Source: Vermamoeba vermiformis
Lineage: Eukaryota
Reading direction: 5' to 3'
Assembly (NCBI GenBank): GCA_045837725.1
Contig: JBEWZL010000238.1
Span: forward strand, 186,001 to 250,000
Length of the DNA stretch: 64,000 nt
Below are positions 1-17,297 of this stretch, one piece after another. Both the position numbers and the translations under genes were made by a program. How positions within the stretch are numbered: position 1 is the first letter of the stretch; each line of letters begins with the position of its first letter. The notes under the pieces were generated by a model. It did not search any database and had not been told where the DNA came from. It saw only the letters and a list, made by a program, of their open reading frames with translations.

Positions 1-681
1 AACTCCGAACTTTCGTTAGACCCATAGTACTGTTCGTGGTGAGATTCGATCGAATTGTTCGCTTCATTAACTGAAGATTCTTCGCTGTTCGAGGGTTGTA
101 TGTTGGGTATAGGTACCATATTTACATTATCTTCGTTATCTAGCCATGTTATCACAACGGAAACTAATTTTAAAAATTAGATCCGGAAAACACCCGAAAT
201 AATTTTAATCAACGTTTAAATAATAATTACCTTTGGTCGGATTCTCTTCACCATCGATCTCTTTAGCTATCTTTGGCAGTAATTTTAAATTTTCAGAGCT
301 TCCACATTGTAAGATTGTTTGCGTTGAATTAAAACAAGCCACTGCGATGCGAACCCCGCGTTCTTTGAGTCTACGAAAATCAAATACATAATGGTTGATT
401 TTTAGGTTCAATGTAACGCCTTCAATTCCACCATGAGCCGAGCTGTAATTGATCGAGAGTGGATTTCGCTTTCCCCATGCGAAACAATTCACTGCTTCCT
501 GTTCTTCATTCTTCTGCTTGTTAAAGTAATATAATTGAACGCAGTACTGATAGAAATTATGCGTTGTCTTGTCGGTGACTGCGAAACCGAATGGTGCTTT
601 CAATGCTGCAACGGTGAAATTGGCTGGGAATGCCAACGGCACGAACACCGAGAATATTTTTCTTACACGAATGGCTTGCAT
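1..681 (-). CDS. Third copy (C, partial; runs off the left edge) of the S74-LRR membrane protein family: N-terminal domain and Ser-rich linker only
   Basis: ORF 205..681 is clearly paralogous to 3523..3978 and 6172..6622 (FVPLAFPANFTVAALKAPFGFAVTD, NCFAWGKRNPL, KINHYVFDFRRLKER). Same phase-1 intron after 231, resuming at 163 (VSVVITW). Confidence 0.85.
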
Positions 682-1018
682 GTTATAGTTCTAATTTAAT
701 AAATAAAATGATTCCAACGGAGCTTCGAACGTCATCGCCTGTCACTGATTGCAACGCTTGTTAACGGCACAACCAAATTGATTGTATGCCTTAAGGTTAC
801 CATTTACTGTCAGCTATCATATAGTACTCTATTTTACGTGTTTATCTAGCGGTTCTATTATGTTACACGCTCGTTAATTGCTACATTTTTCAGCTTCGGC
901 AACGGAAACTTGAAGCGATTGAATTCACAATTATTAGGTACCTTAGTCTCGAATGTAGCAAGAAAGAGGTATTTAATATACAACGAGCCATAAATTTACA
1001 ACTTTGTTATCAACTATT

Positions 1019-3978
1019 CTACACGCACGTTGCCTGGCATCTGGTGGCACCTTGAGGCAGTGGACACTTGAAGTCATTGAACGAGGCATCGCACGCCTTA
1101 ATAATTGGTATCTCTCCAAGCTCCGTGAGCATGTTATGCGAGGTGTTGAGGTACCACAACTGGTCAGAAGGCACGACCAACATATTGCCCGTGAAGTAGT
1201 TGTTGCTGACGTCAATTTCTTCCAAGTTCGCGTAATAGGCATTTCTAAGAATGTCCAAAGTACCGTTAAGCTTGTTATTGTTCAACCGCAAAACTCCAAG
1301 CGAGTACGGAAGGACTGGCAGTGTGCCTTCAAGCTGGTTGTCGGACAAGTCAAGCAGCATCCACCAACCCGAATCATCGATATCGGGAATCGTGCCTTCA
1401 AGTTGATTGTGTTGGACGTGAAGTTCGCGTAGTTCGGGCGAGGGAATCGGGGGCAGCGTGCCAGTGAAATTGTTGTTGTTCAGATAACAGTACTTGAGAT
1501 TGTAATCTCGGTCATCAAACAACGATTTTGGTATTGTGCCATGAAGCTGGTTAAACGATAGATCGATCTTGACTGCAGTATGGAATCGATTGAATGATGG
1601 CAAGAGTGTTCCGGTGAACGCGTTGTTCCCCAAATTGAGCACTTCATATCCTACGTCGTCCAGGGATTCTGGAATTGTGCCAAAAAAGTAATTGTAGGAC
1701 AAGTCCAATCGCTTAAGATGAGTCGATGCTGCTCCAATCGCGACGGGCAATTGGCCTCGTAAAGAGTTATACGATACGTTAAAACTGTCTATGCTGGGAT
1801 TTAACCAACACTCTTCGGGTATATCTCCGCTAATGAGATTGCTCGATGCGTTGAGGAATTGCAACATATGTAACTCGCATATGGCGCTAGGCAAAGTACC
1901 ATCGATACGGTTGTCAGACAGATCCAAGTTTCTCAATTTGGCGAGTTTTCCGATTTCCTCGGGAATAGTGCCAGTAATGTAGTTGTTGCCTATGCGAACG
2001 GTCGTTAAATTATGCAAATCCATAATCGCTTCCAAAACAAGACCATGCAATTGATTATCTGACAGAAGCAACTTCGTCAAGCCTTGCATAGAAGAAATGC
2101 TTTTAGGCACGGTGCCTGAGATCAAATTGCTTTCCAAATTTAGTTCGGTCACTTCGGTCAAAAATCCGATGTCTTGGGGCAACGTTCCGTCAATGGCGTT
2201 GTTCGACAAGATGATAGTTTGCAAGTTCGTTAATGATGTGATGGACTCGGGAATGGGGCCGTTAATGGCGTTGCTTCCCAGATTCAAGTATTGCAATTTG
2301 GACAAGAAATTGATGTTCGTGGGAATAGTGCCGTTCAAGTTGTTGCCGTGCAATGAGATGCTGATCACCGCGCCTTCGTTGCATTTGATGCCCTCCCATT
2401 CACATATCGAAAAATTCGTCAGCCAGCCGCTTGTTTTCGACCAAAGTGCTCCATTAGTCGCCGCAAAAAGAGCCTCGAGTGCAATTTGTTCGTTTGACTT
2501 GGGCGGGAGTGTTGGTGAGGACGGATCCGGCTTGACCGTGAAGAACACGACCACTGCTGCTACTGCCACGAGCGCTGTGATGACAGCAACACTGACGATC
2601 AAGATTCGCCATGGCAGAGACACGGCCTTTGACGACTTGGCTTCAGTGAATGGTGTGATGGTGGCACTTGAGTCACGTGACTTCTTATCGATAAACGCAT
2701 CGTATATCGAGTCCAATGCTCGTTGGAGCTTCTCGTTGTCGGCTTTGATGTTCTTGATGTCATTGAAGTTCTGTCTGATCGATTCACTCAGATAAGGAAT
2801 CAATGACTCGTAGTCCACATGAAGAATTCCATCGATCAGTTGAACTGCTGATGGCACCACACTCTCCACTTGTTGTGCAATGTAGCCAACAAATCGTTTG
2901 TTCACGTTTGGATGCACTCCTGGCTTGAACTTGTAATCGACTCCATCGATCCGCAGAAGTACATCGCGGCAATCAAAATCTAAAACAAGTAATTATTATT
3001 AATTAAGCCAACTAATTGACACCATTTGGCACGGGTTAAGTTTGACGAATAGCGTACCTTCGGCAAGAAGTCGGATGTCTTCCTTAATATTGATGTCTGA
3101 CGCTTTATAAAAGTTGAGTGCTCGGAAATTGCCGACAACTTCGGCATTTCCATTATATAATACCATGTATTGTTCGTTAACGCGTTCGTTGCTAGTATTA
3201 AAAAAGTTAGAAAAGGTAAAAAAATAGATGGGACCGATTCATACCGAGGCACAATGGGATAGTCCATTATTTCAGGAGATGCATCTACAGCATTTTCTTG
3301 ATAATCAAACAAGTCTGACTCGTTAGAACCAGAAAATTGGTCGTTGTTATGAGATTCGCTTGAATAGTGGACGTCGTTGCTGGAAGATTCCTCGCTTGAT
3401 AAGTGTATGTTCGGAGTTGATACTATATTTGTATTATCTTCATTTGTTATCCACGAAATCACAACTGGTGCTATTGAAAACCGGGGTTTAGAATCTACGC
3501 AGATCAAAAATTTGGTTTAATATTATTTACCTGCAGTTAAATCTTCTTCATCGCTTTCTTTGTATTTTTTTGACACCAATTGTAAATAAGCAGAGCTGCC
3601 TCGTTGTAATATTGCTTGTGCGGAACTTAAACAAGCTACCGTGATACGAACCACGCGTTCTTTGAGTCTACGAAAATCAAATATATAATGGTTGATTTTT
3701 AGGTGCAAAGTTACGCCATCAATTCCTTCGTTAAGCGGGTTGTAATGGATCGAGAGTGGATTTCCTTTGCCCCACGCGAAACAATTCACTGCTTCTTCTT
3801 CTTCATTCTTTTCTTTGTTAAAATAATATAATTGAACGCAGTATTGATAGAAATTGAGTGTTTTCTGGTCGGTGACTGCGAAACCGAATGGCGCTTTCAG
3901 TGCTGCAACGGTGAAATTGGCGGGCAATGCCAATGGCACGAACAATGAAAAGACATTCTTCGCGTGTATTTGCTGCAT
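1019..3978 (-). CDS. Copy B: N-terminal beta-rich domain + peptidase S74/ICA autocleavage domain + coiled coil + TM + about 18-19 LRRs (4 exons)
   Basis: Splicing three GT-AG introns joins ORFs 3523-3978, 3246-3470, 3058-3192 and 1019-2979 (approximate bounds). Motifs: NGNAEVVGNF..KASDINIKEDI, GYIAQQVESVVPSAV, VDYESLIPYL; TM ILIVSVAVITALVAVAAVVVFFTV; LRR N-cap ALEALFAATNG..W..CEWEGIKC; LxxLxLxxNxLxGxIP repeats. Confidence 0.9.
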
Positions 3979-4158
3979 TCTTCTAACACAACTGATTAAG
4001 TTAAACATTGATTCCGGTTTATTTCAAGCTGTCAAAGTCATGTCATTGTTGGAACACAAATCCATAACACAATCGAACGTAATGCGAGCAAGTTATAAAT
4101 ATCCTTATCGATAAGATCAGCGTTTACTATATTAATATATTTACAAGTGTAAGACCAT

Positions 4159-6622
4159 TTAAGTGCAAGTAGCACCGCAAATTTTGTCCGCATCTGGCGG
4201 CAGAGGGCACGCGAAGGGATTAGAGTAGGCATGGCATTGAAACTCTGGGCTAGTATTGTTGCTCATAGTGCTGAACATGGTGAAGTTGTTCGCGGCAGCA
4301 TTCAGAAAAACTAACGCCGGGTACTGCATCAGAGGTCCGATGTCGCCACTGAGCTGGTTGTGGCTAATGTCAATTTTAATCGGCGTTGCTGAAGTACGAT
4401 CCAAGGCGCTAAATGCATCCACGGTGCCATCGAAATGATTGTTGGAGAACATTATGCTGCGAAGACTCGGAGGCAAACTCTGGATCGTGCCTTCAAGTTG
4501 GTTGTATTCCACGCTAAGATAGCTCAACTCTTCAAACTTGCTGAAGTCCGGCAAAGTTCCGGTAAAGTTATTGAAGCCCAGATCTAACTCCAACAATCTC
4601 CCTGGAACAAAAGACGGGATAGTTCCCGTGAAGTTATTCCTTCGTAACATTAGCCTGGCTACGCGGTTCATGTAGGACAGCGTGACGGGAATCGTGCCCG
4701 AGAACTTGTTGCGACTGAGCTCCAAAGTGTGTAAAAACGGCAAGTTGATAATTTCGGGAGAAATCGTGCCCTCTAAGTTGTTGAAAGTCAATTGGATCTG
4801 TAAGATATGCGTCATGTTGTAAATGCTCGCAGGAAGGGTTCCGTGAAGATTGTTGTCAGCCAAGTTCAAGCCACGGAGTCCAGTTAGCAAGTTGATGGAC
4901 TCGGGAATCGTTCCGTTCAAGTTGTTATTGGCCAAGACCAACACGACCACGTCTTCACCAAACATGCTACATTGAACACCATACCAAGTACAGATCGACT
5001 TGTCCGTTAGCCAGTTGTCTTGCCGATCCCAATTTTTCCCGTTTGTAGCAATATAGAGCGCTTGTAATGCTTGGCGTTGGGCGGATATTGGAAGGGTAGG
5101 TTGAAGAGGTTGAAGCGGGAGTTTTCCGGGTGCAATAGGTGAGACAGGAATGGCTTCAGGGTTAGTTTGGCCAGAAGTACGAGAGTGCTGCCAATAAAAC
5201 AGACCGAAGGCTCCAGCCACAACGAACGCGACTGCCATGCACACGATGAGAATCTTAGTGCCTATCGAAGTAGAGGGCGCGTAGTGCTTATGAGTCTGCG
5301 TGTCGATGAGAGGTGTTATACTCGAGGGATTGGCGTTGTCCTTGTTGATGAAGGTTTCGTACATCGAGTCAATAGCTTGGTAAATCTTCTCGTTATCAGC
5401 TTTGATGTTCTTGATATCATTGAAGTTCTGTCTGATCGATTCACTCAGATAAGGAATCAATGACTCGTAGTCCACATGAAGAATTCCATCGATCAGTTGC
5501 ACTGCTGATGGCACCACACTCTCCACTTGTTGTGCAATGTAGCCAACAAATCGTTTGTTCACGTTTGGATGCACTCCTGGTTTGAACTTGTAATTGACAC
5601 CATTTATACGCATTAACGTATCTCTGCAATCATGGTCTAAGTAATACAACATTAATAACATTGCGTCGGATAGACACGTGTTCATACCATCGGAAAGTAG
5701 TCTGATGTCCTCTTTGATATTGATATCTGACGCTTTGTAGAAGTTCAACGCTCTGAAATTTCCGATCACCTCGGCATTGCCGTTATATAGTACCATATAG
5801 TGCTCGTCTCTGAAGTCCTCACATTAATAAAATTGTACTAAAACTGCTAAGGTTGCACGCTTACTGTTGCTGTATTGGGAAGTCTGGAAATGATATAGAT
5901 ATCGGTTCGTATCCATCTGACACGTGTATTGACTCATTAGAATGTACTCCGTGTTCACTTTGAGAGTTCGGAGAGGAGTTGCTGTAATTGATCGGTGAAT
6001 CTGGGGATATTCTGCTATCCATCACATAGGCTCCAGGCATCACGTGCTCATTAACTCCAGTTTGTTCCCAGTTTATATTAACGGGTTCTAATGAGAAAGA
6101 ATCAGAATATTAAAGCTAAAATTAGCAATATTTTGATCGGCAGAAAATTATTAAGTTGTTCGCTTTCTTACCGTCTTCATTATCGTCCTCATAGTCCTCG
6201 TTCTTTCTTTTTTTAGGCAATAATTTCAGCAACGCTGAGCTTCCGCGTGAGAGAAAAGATTGCGTTGAATTGAAACAATCCACGTTAACCCGCACTGCTC
6301 GTTCTTTAATTCGTCTAAAATCGAAGACATAGTGATTAACTTTGACTTGTAATATCACTCCTTCTATTTGATCTGTATTGGGTTTATATTTTACATAAAG
6401 AGGATTTCGTTTTCCCCAAGCAAAACAGTTCGCTGCTTCTTCTTCCGCATTTTTTTCATTGCTCATATAAAACATCTGCATATGGTATTGATAGTAATTA
6501 AGCGTCCTCTTGTCTGTCAATGCAAATCCAAACGGCGCTTTAAGAGGCGCCAACGTGTAATCGGCGGGAAACGCCAAAGGCACGAATATTTTAAATATAT
6601 TCCTCACGTGTATCTTCTGCAT
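4159..6622 (-). CDS. Copy A: N-terminal beta-rich domain ending PKKRK + peptidase S74/ICA + coiled coil + TM + about 10-11 LRRs (4 exons)
   Basis: Exons about 6622-6172, 6087-5865, 5809-5689 and 5637-4159, with introns at the same positions as copy B. KASDINIKEDI (Ser codon 5730-5728); TM ILIVCMAVAFVVAGAFGLFYW; LRR N-cap CTWYGVQC; C-cap NPFACPLP..C..TC. Confidence 0.9.
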
Positions 6623-7203
6623 GCCTTCATTGTCTAATACAATAAATTAGGACTCGGTCCTGTCAAAACGTTTGACATTTCGGGACGGTGTAGAAATCTC
6701 TTTTAGGGATTTATTAATTTAAGCAAGCCAAGCAATTATCTATCACATCAACGCTTGACAAACTTGAGCCTTTTTCAACATTTTGCCGACGAATTATGGT
6801 ATCATAATTTTTCTCCATCCCAAGTATTCGATCTTGCAGCTTTGCATGAAAGTAAATCGGTAATTATTTCAATTACTGTAGAGTTAGAATATTTTATGAC
6901 CGAAGGAACCTCCGTACAACGGTCGAACGTTGCAATTTATTAGATACCGCTAAAAAAACTCGCATCACCCAAAGCAAATAATTTTGTATCCATTTGAATA
7001 CTTTCATTTTGTGGTATTTTATCAGGATTACGTTTATGGATTATCTTCGGTTGCGAAATGATTTTACGCGTGGAACAACGAAGTTACGCTGGGTGGGAAG
7101 AAAGTGATTACGTGGGTGCACCATTTGGGCAAAAGTAATTACGGCGAGCAAAATAAATGGTTCGAAGGCAATTATTCTAACCAACTAAAACGACAACATC
7201 CAG

Positions 7204-10200
7204 ATGTCGGTCATAGCTAAAGAGCACGTTCCGGGCATTCTGGAAAAGAACAAAGTATGTAATTTCAACATTAAACAGCAAAATTAATCATACCATTAGA
7301 GCTTGGAGTCCCAGCAGTCGTTCATCAAGGGCCCAACATTGCCCGATGCGCTGGGTGATCGACTTTACTTCGCACCTGCTGGTGCTCTGCTCGAAAAAGG
7401 ATCGAAGGCAACGATTACTGAGGATGATGTGTGGAGACTAGACGACGAGAATACTTCTGAATACATTTGGGATAAGCTGACACCATTATGGCAAGAAGAA
7501 CTGAAACGGCCCAAGTAAGCAGATCGCGTGCCATTTTCTCTTTTCTTGTACTGATTTGATGCATTTCCAAGGCCTAATCTTACGCGTGCCATCGTTCGCG
7601 CTTTTAAGAACCAATTGCTTGGCGCTTTTGCATTGATGTTTCTCTACGGTAAGCGGACAAACTAGTGACTCCGATCCGATCTGACGCGTAAAATTCAAAA
7701 TCCGCAGGTGGTCTCTCATTCGTCAATCCAATTATTCTGCCATTTTTAATCAACTACGTCTATGATTACTCTTTCCCTGTCTACTCTGGTTTCATCTACG
7801 TGTTTTGTATCATTTTGGCTCAGATCGTGGCTTCAACATGCTATTATTACGGACAATTCCGCGCCAATATTGCAGGCATGAACGTAAGTACAAAGTAACG
7901 TTAACATCGGCCATACTGATATTTTTTCGGACAGATGCGTACTGCAATGCTGTTGCTCGTGTACAGAAAAAGTTTGACAATTGCCCCGTCCAAAGATTCG
8001 AATTCCGGTCAAATTGTCAATATGATTAGCAGTGACGCGTTGTTTATCGCCGACTCCATTGCGTTAGTTTCGGTTGGTGTGGCCGTTCCTCTCCAGCTCA
8101 TTGGTAAGTTTAAAAAATCCACGTAATGACTCGTCACTCACATCAATACAGTTGGCATCATTCTACTGGCTATCTACGTGCGTCTCTACGTCGTGATTAC
8201 CGTAGGCTTGATGATCATTTCATTCCCCATTGCGATGAAAGTTGGCTCGCGCATTGGTGTTTTACGTCTGGCGCTACAAGGCTTCGGAGACCGTCGCTTG
8301 AAAGTCATCAACGAATTACTTGCAGGCATTCGCATTGTCAAGTACTACGCTTGGGAGGAGGCTTTCTTTAACAACATCGATCGATATCGTGAAGAAGAAT
8401 TGAAGGGCTTGAAATCATTGGCTGGTGTGCGATCTGCCATGCTTAGTATTTTGATCGGTGCTGTGGTTATTGCAACAGGCTTGACGGTGGTACGTTCTGC
8501 TTCTCAGCGCTCGTTTTTGACATAACTAATGACGTGTTACTAGATTCTGTACAACCTCTTCGTTGGCGTGAATCAATCAATTTCGTTCACCGTCATCTCG
8601 GTATTGTCGTTGATCCGCTCAGCGTTCCTTACTTTGCCCATCACCCTCTCCATTCTTCCGCAATACATGAGCTCTTTCGGTAGAGTGCAGCAATTCTTGG
8701 CGAACCCTGATATTGTCACCGTCGAGCCTCTCAATGGTGTGCAAATCAAAGCCGAGAACGCATCGTTCAAGTGGCCCGGAATGGCTGATCCGTTCCTTAA
8801 GGACATCAGCTTGCACGTAAGTAGCAATAATGCAACGCATTTAGTGATCACCAAGTACTGACAACGATGCACCAAATCAGGCCAAGAAAGGAGATCTGAT
8901 CATGGTTGTTGGTCCAGTCGGCAGTGGCAAGTCATCGTACATTCAAGCACTCCTCGGTGAACTTCCAAAAGTCAACGGAACTCTCAAAGTCGGTGGATCA
9001 ATTGCCTATGTCGCACAAGAAGCGTTCATTGTGAACACCACAGTGCGCGAGAACATCATCTTTGGCAAGCCTTTTGACATGCAAAAGTACCGTGCAGTGC
9101 TCGAAGCAGCAGCATTGATGCCAGACTTGCATCAGTTCACAGCAGGAGATCGCACAGAGATCGGTGAACGAGGTGTCAACTTGTCAGGTGGTCAAAAACA
9201 AGTGAGTCAACAACCCTCTCGATAAGATCAGTTATTATTAATGAATTCTTCTAACAATCTACATCAGCGTATCTCGATTGCACGTGCATTGTACAGCGAT
9301 GCAGACATCATTTTGCTCGACGATCCATTGTCCGCAGTCGATGCACACGTGGGCAAACACTTGTTCGAACAAGCAATCAAAAAGTACTGGGCAGGCAAGA
9401 TCATCATTCTCGCCACAAATCAACTTCAATACTTGCCATTTGCAGACAAAGTGATCTTTTTGAGCAATGGTGAAGTTGTTGGTGATGGTACATTCGCTGA
9501 ACTCGTCGCTTCATCTCCTGCGTTCAAAGATCAAATGGAAAAGTACGGAGTTGGTGGTGAGAAGAAAGAAGAGCACGAAGAAAAGAAAGAAGAGAAAAAA
9601 GAAGTCGTTAAACAAACCGCTGAAGCCACTACTAACGCGCCCGAACAAAGTAAGTTTATAAACTTGGGATCCACCCAACTTGAGCCTAACTAACTTTGCA
9701 ATGTAGGCGGTACATTAGTCAACGAAGAAAAAAAACAACAAGGTCTCATTGGATGGAACGTGTACTGGTACTACTTCAAGAAGGGCAAAGCTGGCATTTT
9801 CATCTTGATGTTCGTTTTCTTGTTGATCTCCGTGTTCTCTCGCGTTGTTGGCTCGTGGTGGTTGACTCAATGGACAAATAACGCTTATTCTTTTACACCC
9901 GGACTTTGTAAGACCAACGCAAGCTTAAACTATTGAGTTCTAACTAACGATAACAATTTTCAGATGCTGGTGTCTATGCCGCATTCACGGGAGGCGAGCT
10001 CCTCTTTACCGTGCTTGCAGTAGTGGTGAATGTCTCCCACAATATCTACGCATCACGTGCCTTGCACAGAGGTCTGTTGAGAAAATGTATTCGCGCTCCT
10101 ACTTCTTTTTACGACGTCACTCCTCTTGGCCGGTAAGATTTCACTGAAAACAAAACTTGCTTTTTTTGGTAATTAACCGCTTTTGCTCTTAGTGTTGTCA

Positions 10201-11862
10201 ATCGATTCTCGAAAGAAATGGATTTTGTCGATCAATTGCTCTCCATTCAGTTGTTCAGCTACGTCGCTATTCTAGCGAACATTCTTGGAGTTTTCGTTAG
10301 TTTGATCATCGGCTCGTACTACATGGCCATTGTTGTCGTGGCAGTCGTCATTGGCTACATCTTCTTCAACACGTACTATCGCAAGTCTTACATCGAGATC
10401 CAACGTCTCGAAGCCCTGTCACGTGCTCCAGTGTTCTCGCAGCTCGGTGAAACATTGCGCGGTGCATCGACTATCAGAGCGTACAAGATGCAGAATGTCT
10501 TCAGAAATGTTAATGTTTACTCGATTGACAGAAACTCTGAGCACAGATACGCTCAGAAGTTCATTATGGCGTAAGTAGTTAGTGTTGATGACACGTGTCA
10601 ACTTTGGTATTGATTCGTTCTTGCAGGTGGTTCGGCTTCAGACTCGACCTTATCGGCGCCGGCATTATCTTGATCTTGATGATTCTTGTTGTCGCATTAC
10701 GTGCTGCTGGATCTGATGCTCTTGGCGCCTTCGCGTCATTGGCTTTGTCAACGACATCCGGCTTGACTGGTTTGTTGAGCAACTTGAGTGTCAACGCAGC
10801 AGAATCAGAGGCCAAGTTGAACTCTGTCGAAAGAATCAGAGAGTACGACACACTCGAACAAGAAGCACCAGCCATCATTCCTGAGAACAGACCTCCCAAA
10901 GACTGGCCTGCAACTGGTGAAATCGTGTTCAAAGACACCTCGTTGCGATACAGACAAGGCGATCTTGTGCTCAAGAAACTCAACTTGACTGTGAACGGTG
11001 AAGAAAAAGTTGGTATTGTTGGTAGAACTGGTGCTGGAAAGTCAACGTAAGTCAAACAATAATAACATTCATGAACGAATAATCTGACACGTGTCATTAT
11101 TGTTAAATCAGGTTACTTCAAGCATTGTTCCGCATCGTTGAGCTTGCAGAAGGATCAATCGAGATTGACGGCATTGACATCACCACAATCGGTCTTCAAG
11201 ATCTTCGTTCAAAGATCTCCATCATTCCTCAAGATCCAGTGTTGTTCATGGGCACTGTGCGATACAACGTCGATCCATTCGGTGAACACTCCGATCAAGC
11301 ACTATGGGAGGCACTTTCCATGGTCGGCTTGAAGACCTACATCGAGAGCTTGGAAGGTCAACTTGATGCACCTGTCGAAGAGAACGGCTCGAACTTCAGT
11401 GTTGGTCAACGACAACTCATGTGCATGGCTCGAGCTCTGCTCCGCAAGACCAAGATTTTAGTGATGGACGAAGCAACAGCGTCGGTGGATCTGGACACAG
11501 ACATGATGATTCAATCGATGGTCAGAAAGAACTTCAGCGACAGAACCACATTGACCATCGCACACAGACTCAACACAGTGATGGACAGCACAAAAGTACT
11601 TGTTCTCAATCGTGGTGAGCTGGCTGAGTACGACAAACCAGCCAATCTTCTTGAACGTGATGGCATCTTCTCTTCGATGGTTGCAGCAACAGGCAACGAA
11701 CAAGCAGAACACTTGAAGAAGATTGCTCGTGGTGAGATCGGTGTTGTTCAAGCACTTCAATCGTTGAAAGAAATAAGCCACGAAGACGATTTGAGTGTGT
11801 CTGAAGAGGTCGTTCAAGCATTGAAGAAAGAAAAATCGGACAAGAAGAAAGCTAAGAAATAA
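7204..11862 (+). CDS. ABC transporter, ABCC/MRP subfamily (TMD-NBD-TMD-NBD, no TMD0), multi-exon
   Basis: Walker [10 protein letters not shown] and GRTGAGKST; signatures LSGGQKQR and FSVGQRQL; Walker B ILLDD and LVMDE; ABCC motifs [17 protein letters not shown] and [13 protein letters not shown] at 7204 matches the paralog start (MSVIAKEH). Confidence 0.95.
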
Positions 11863-12098
11863 TCAAAATCAATTTTATTTATTATGTTAATAGTTGCAAT
11901 TAAACGTAATTGCTTTGGAAAAGTCGGCCAAAAGAATGTGTGTGTTGTTAAAAATTTGCATTTTTTCATTAAATACACAAAGCGCACCAAAAAAAATTAA
12001 TCCTAATTAGCTGGTGAACAGAAATACGCCGGAAATTCTTACTCCGAAATAGAACCTGGTCACACCAAGAAAGAAGGACAAAACAAAGCATTTACGAC

Positions 12099-12549
12099 AT
12101 GAGTGCCATCATTTCCGGTAAAAAAAATATTATTTTCCCAAAGAAAAGCTCACCATTTAGCAAATCCAAATAAATCCCGCTTTGATGAAAATACTTTCGT
12201 CTGGCACTATTATCTACAAGAATTTATCCTACGCACAAATTTTTTATTGTCAGCCGTACTAATTATATTTGCAGGAGACCCGTTCACTTGCTTGATTAAA
12301 CCAACTTGGACTGACATAGACGTTCGTAATTGGGCTCATAATATCTTGAGGATTCCTCAAGAGACTGTTGATATTTTGGTAAACAACGGTGCAAATTCCG
12401 GGCGTGCTCTTCTCCGTTGTGAGACAATTGAAGATTTGCTTCACTATTATGCAAACGTCGAAATAATTACGCTGTTGTTGCTGTTTGAATGCATTAAAAA
12501 AGCAAAAAAGGCATACAATGCTGCGTTACGCAAGGGAGCAAATCACTGA
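12099..12549 (+). CDS. Small SAM-domain-like protein (2 exons)
   Basis: ATG at 12099, phase-1 intron ending tttgcag, then W(T)xxDVxxW..L.....IL..NG..G..LL, which resembles a SAM fold. Paralog with the same gene structure at 27713-28162. Confidence 0.6.
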
Positions 12550-12642
12550 CGGATATTAGAGGCAATTATAAGACGCATCTTACTCCTTCCGCTTTGATAA
12601 CGTTTAATTGCAGCTATTAACAAATAAATAAATTGATTTTGA

Positions 12643-17297
<4,655 letters not shown>

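Noticed and set aside
5638-5688. Insertion MNTCLSDAMLLMLYYL inside the S74 domain of copy A
   Set aside because: In-frame 51-nt GT-AG intron at the same position as the intron in copy B.
2742-5760. Prophage or bacterial contamination suggested by the phage-type S74 domain
   Set aside because: The domain is split by spliceosomal introns and embedded in eukaryotic TM-LRR genes; no phage genes nearby.
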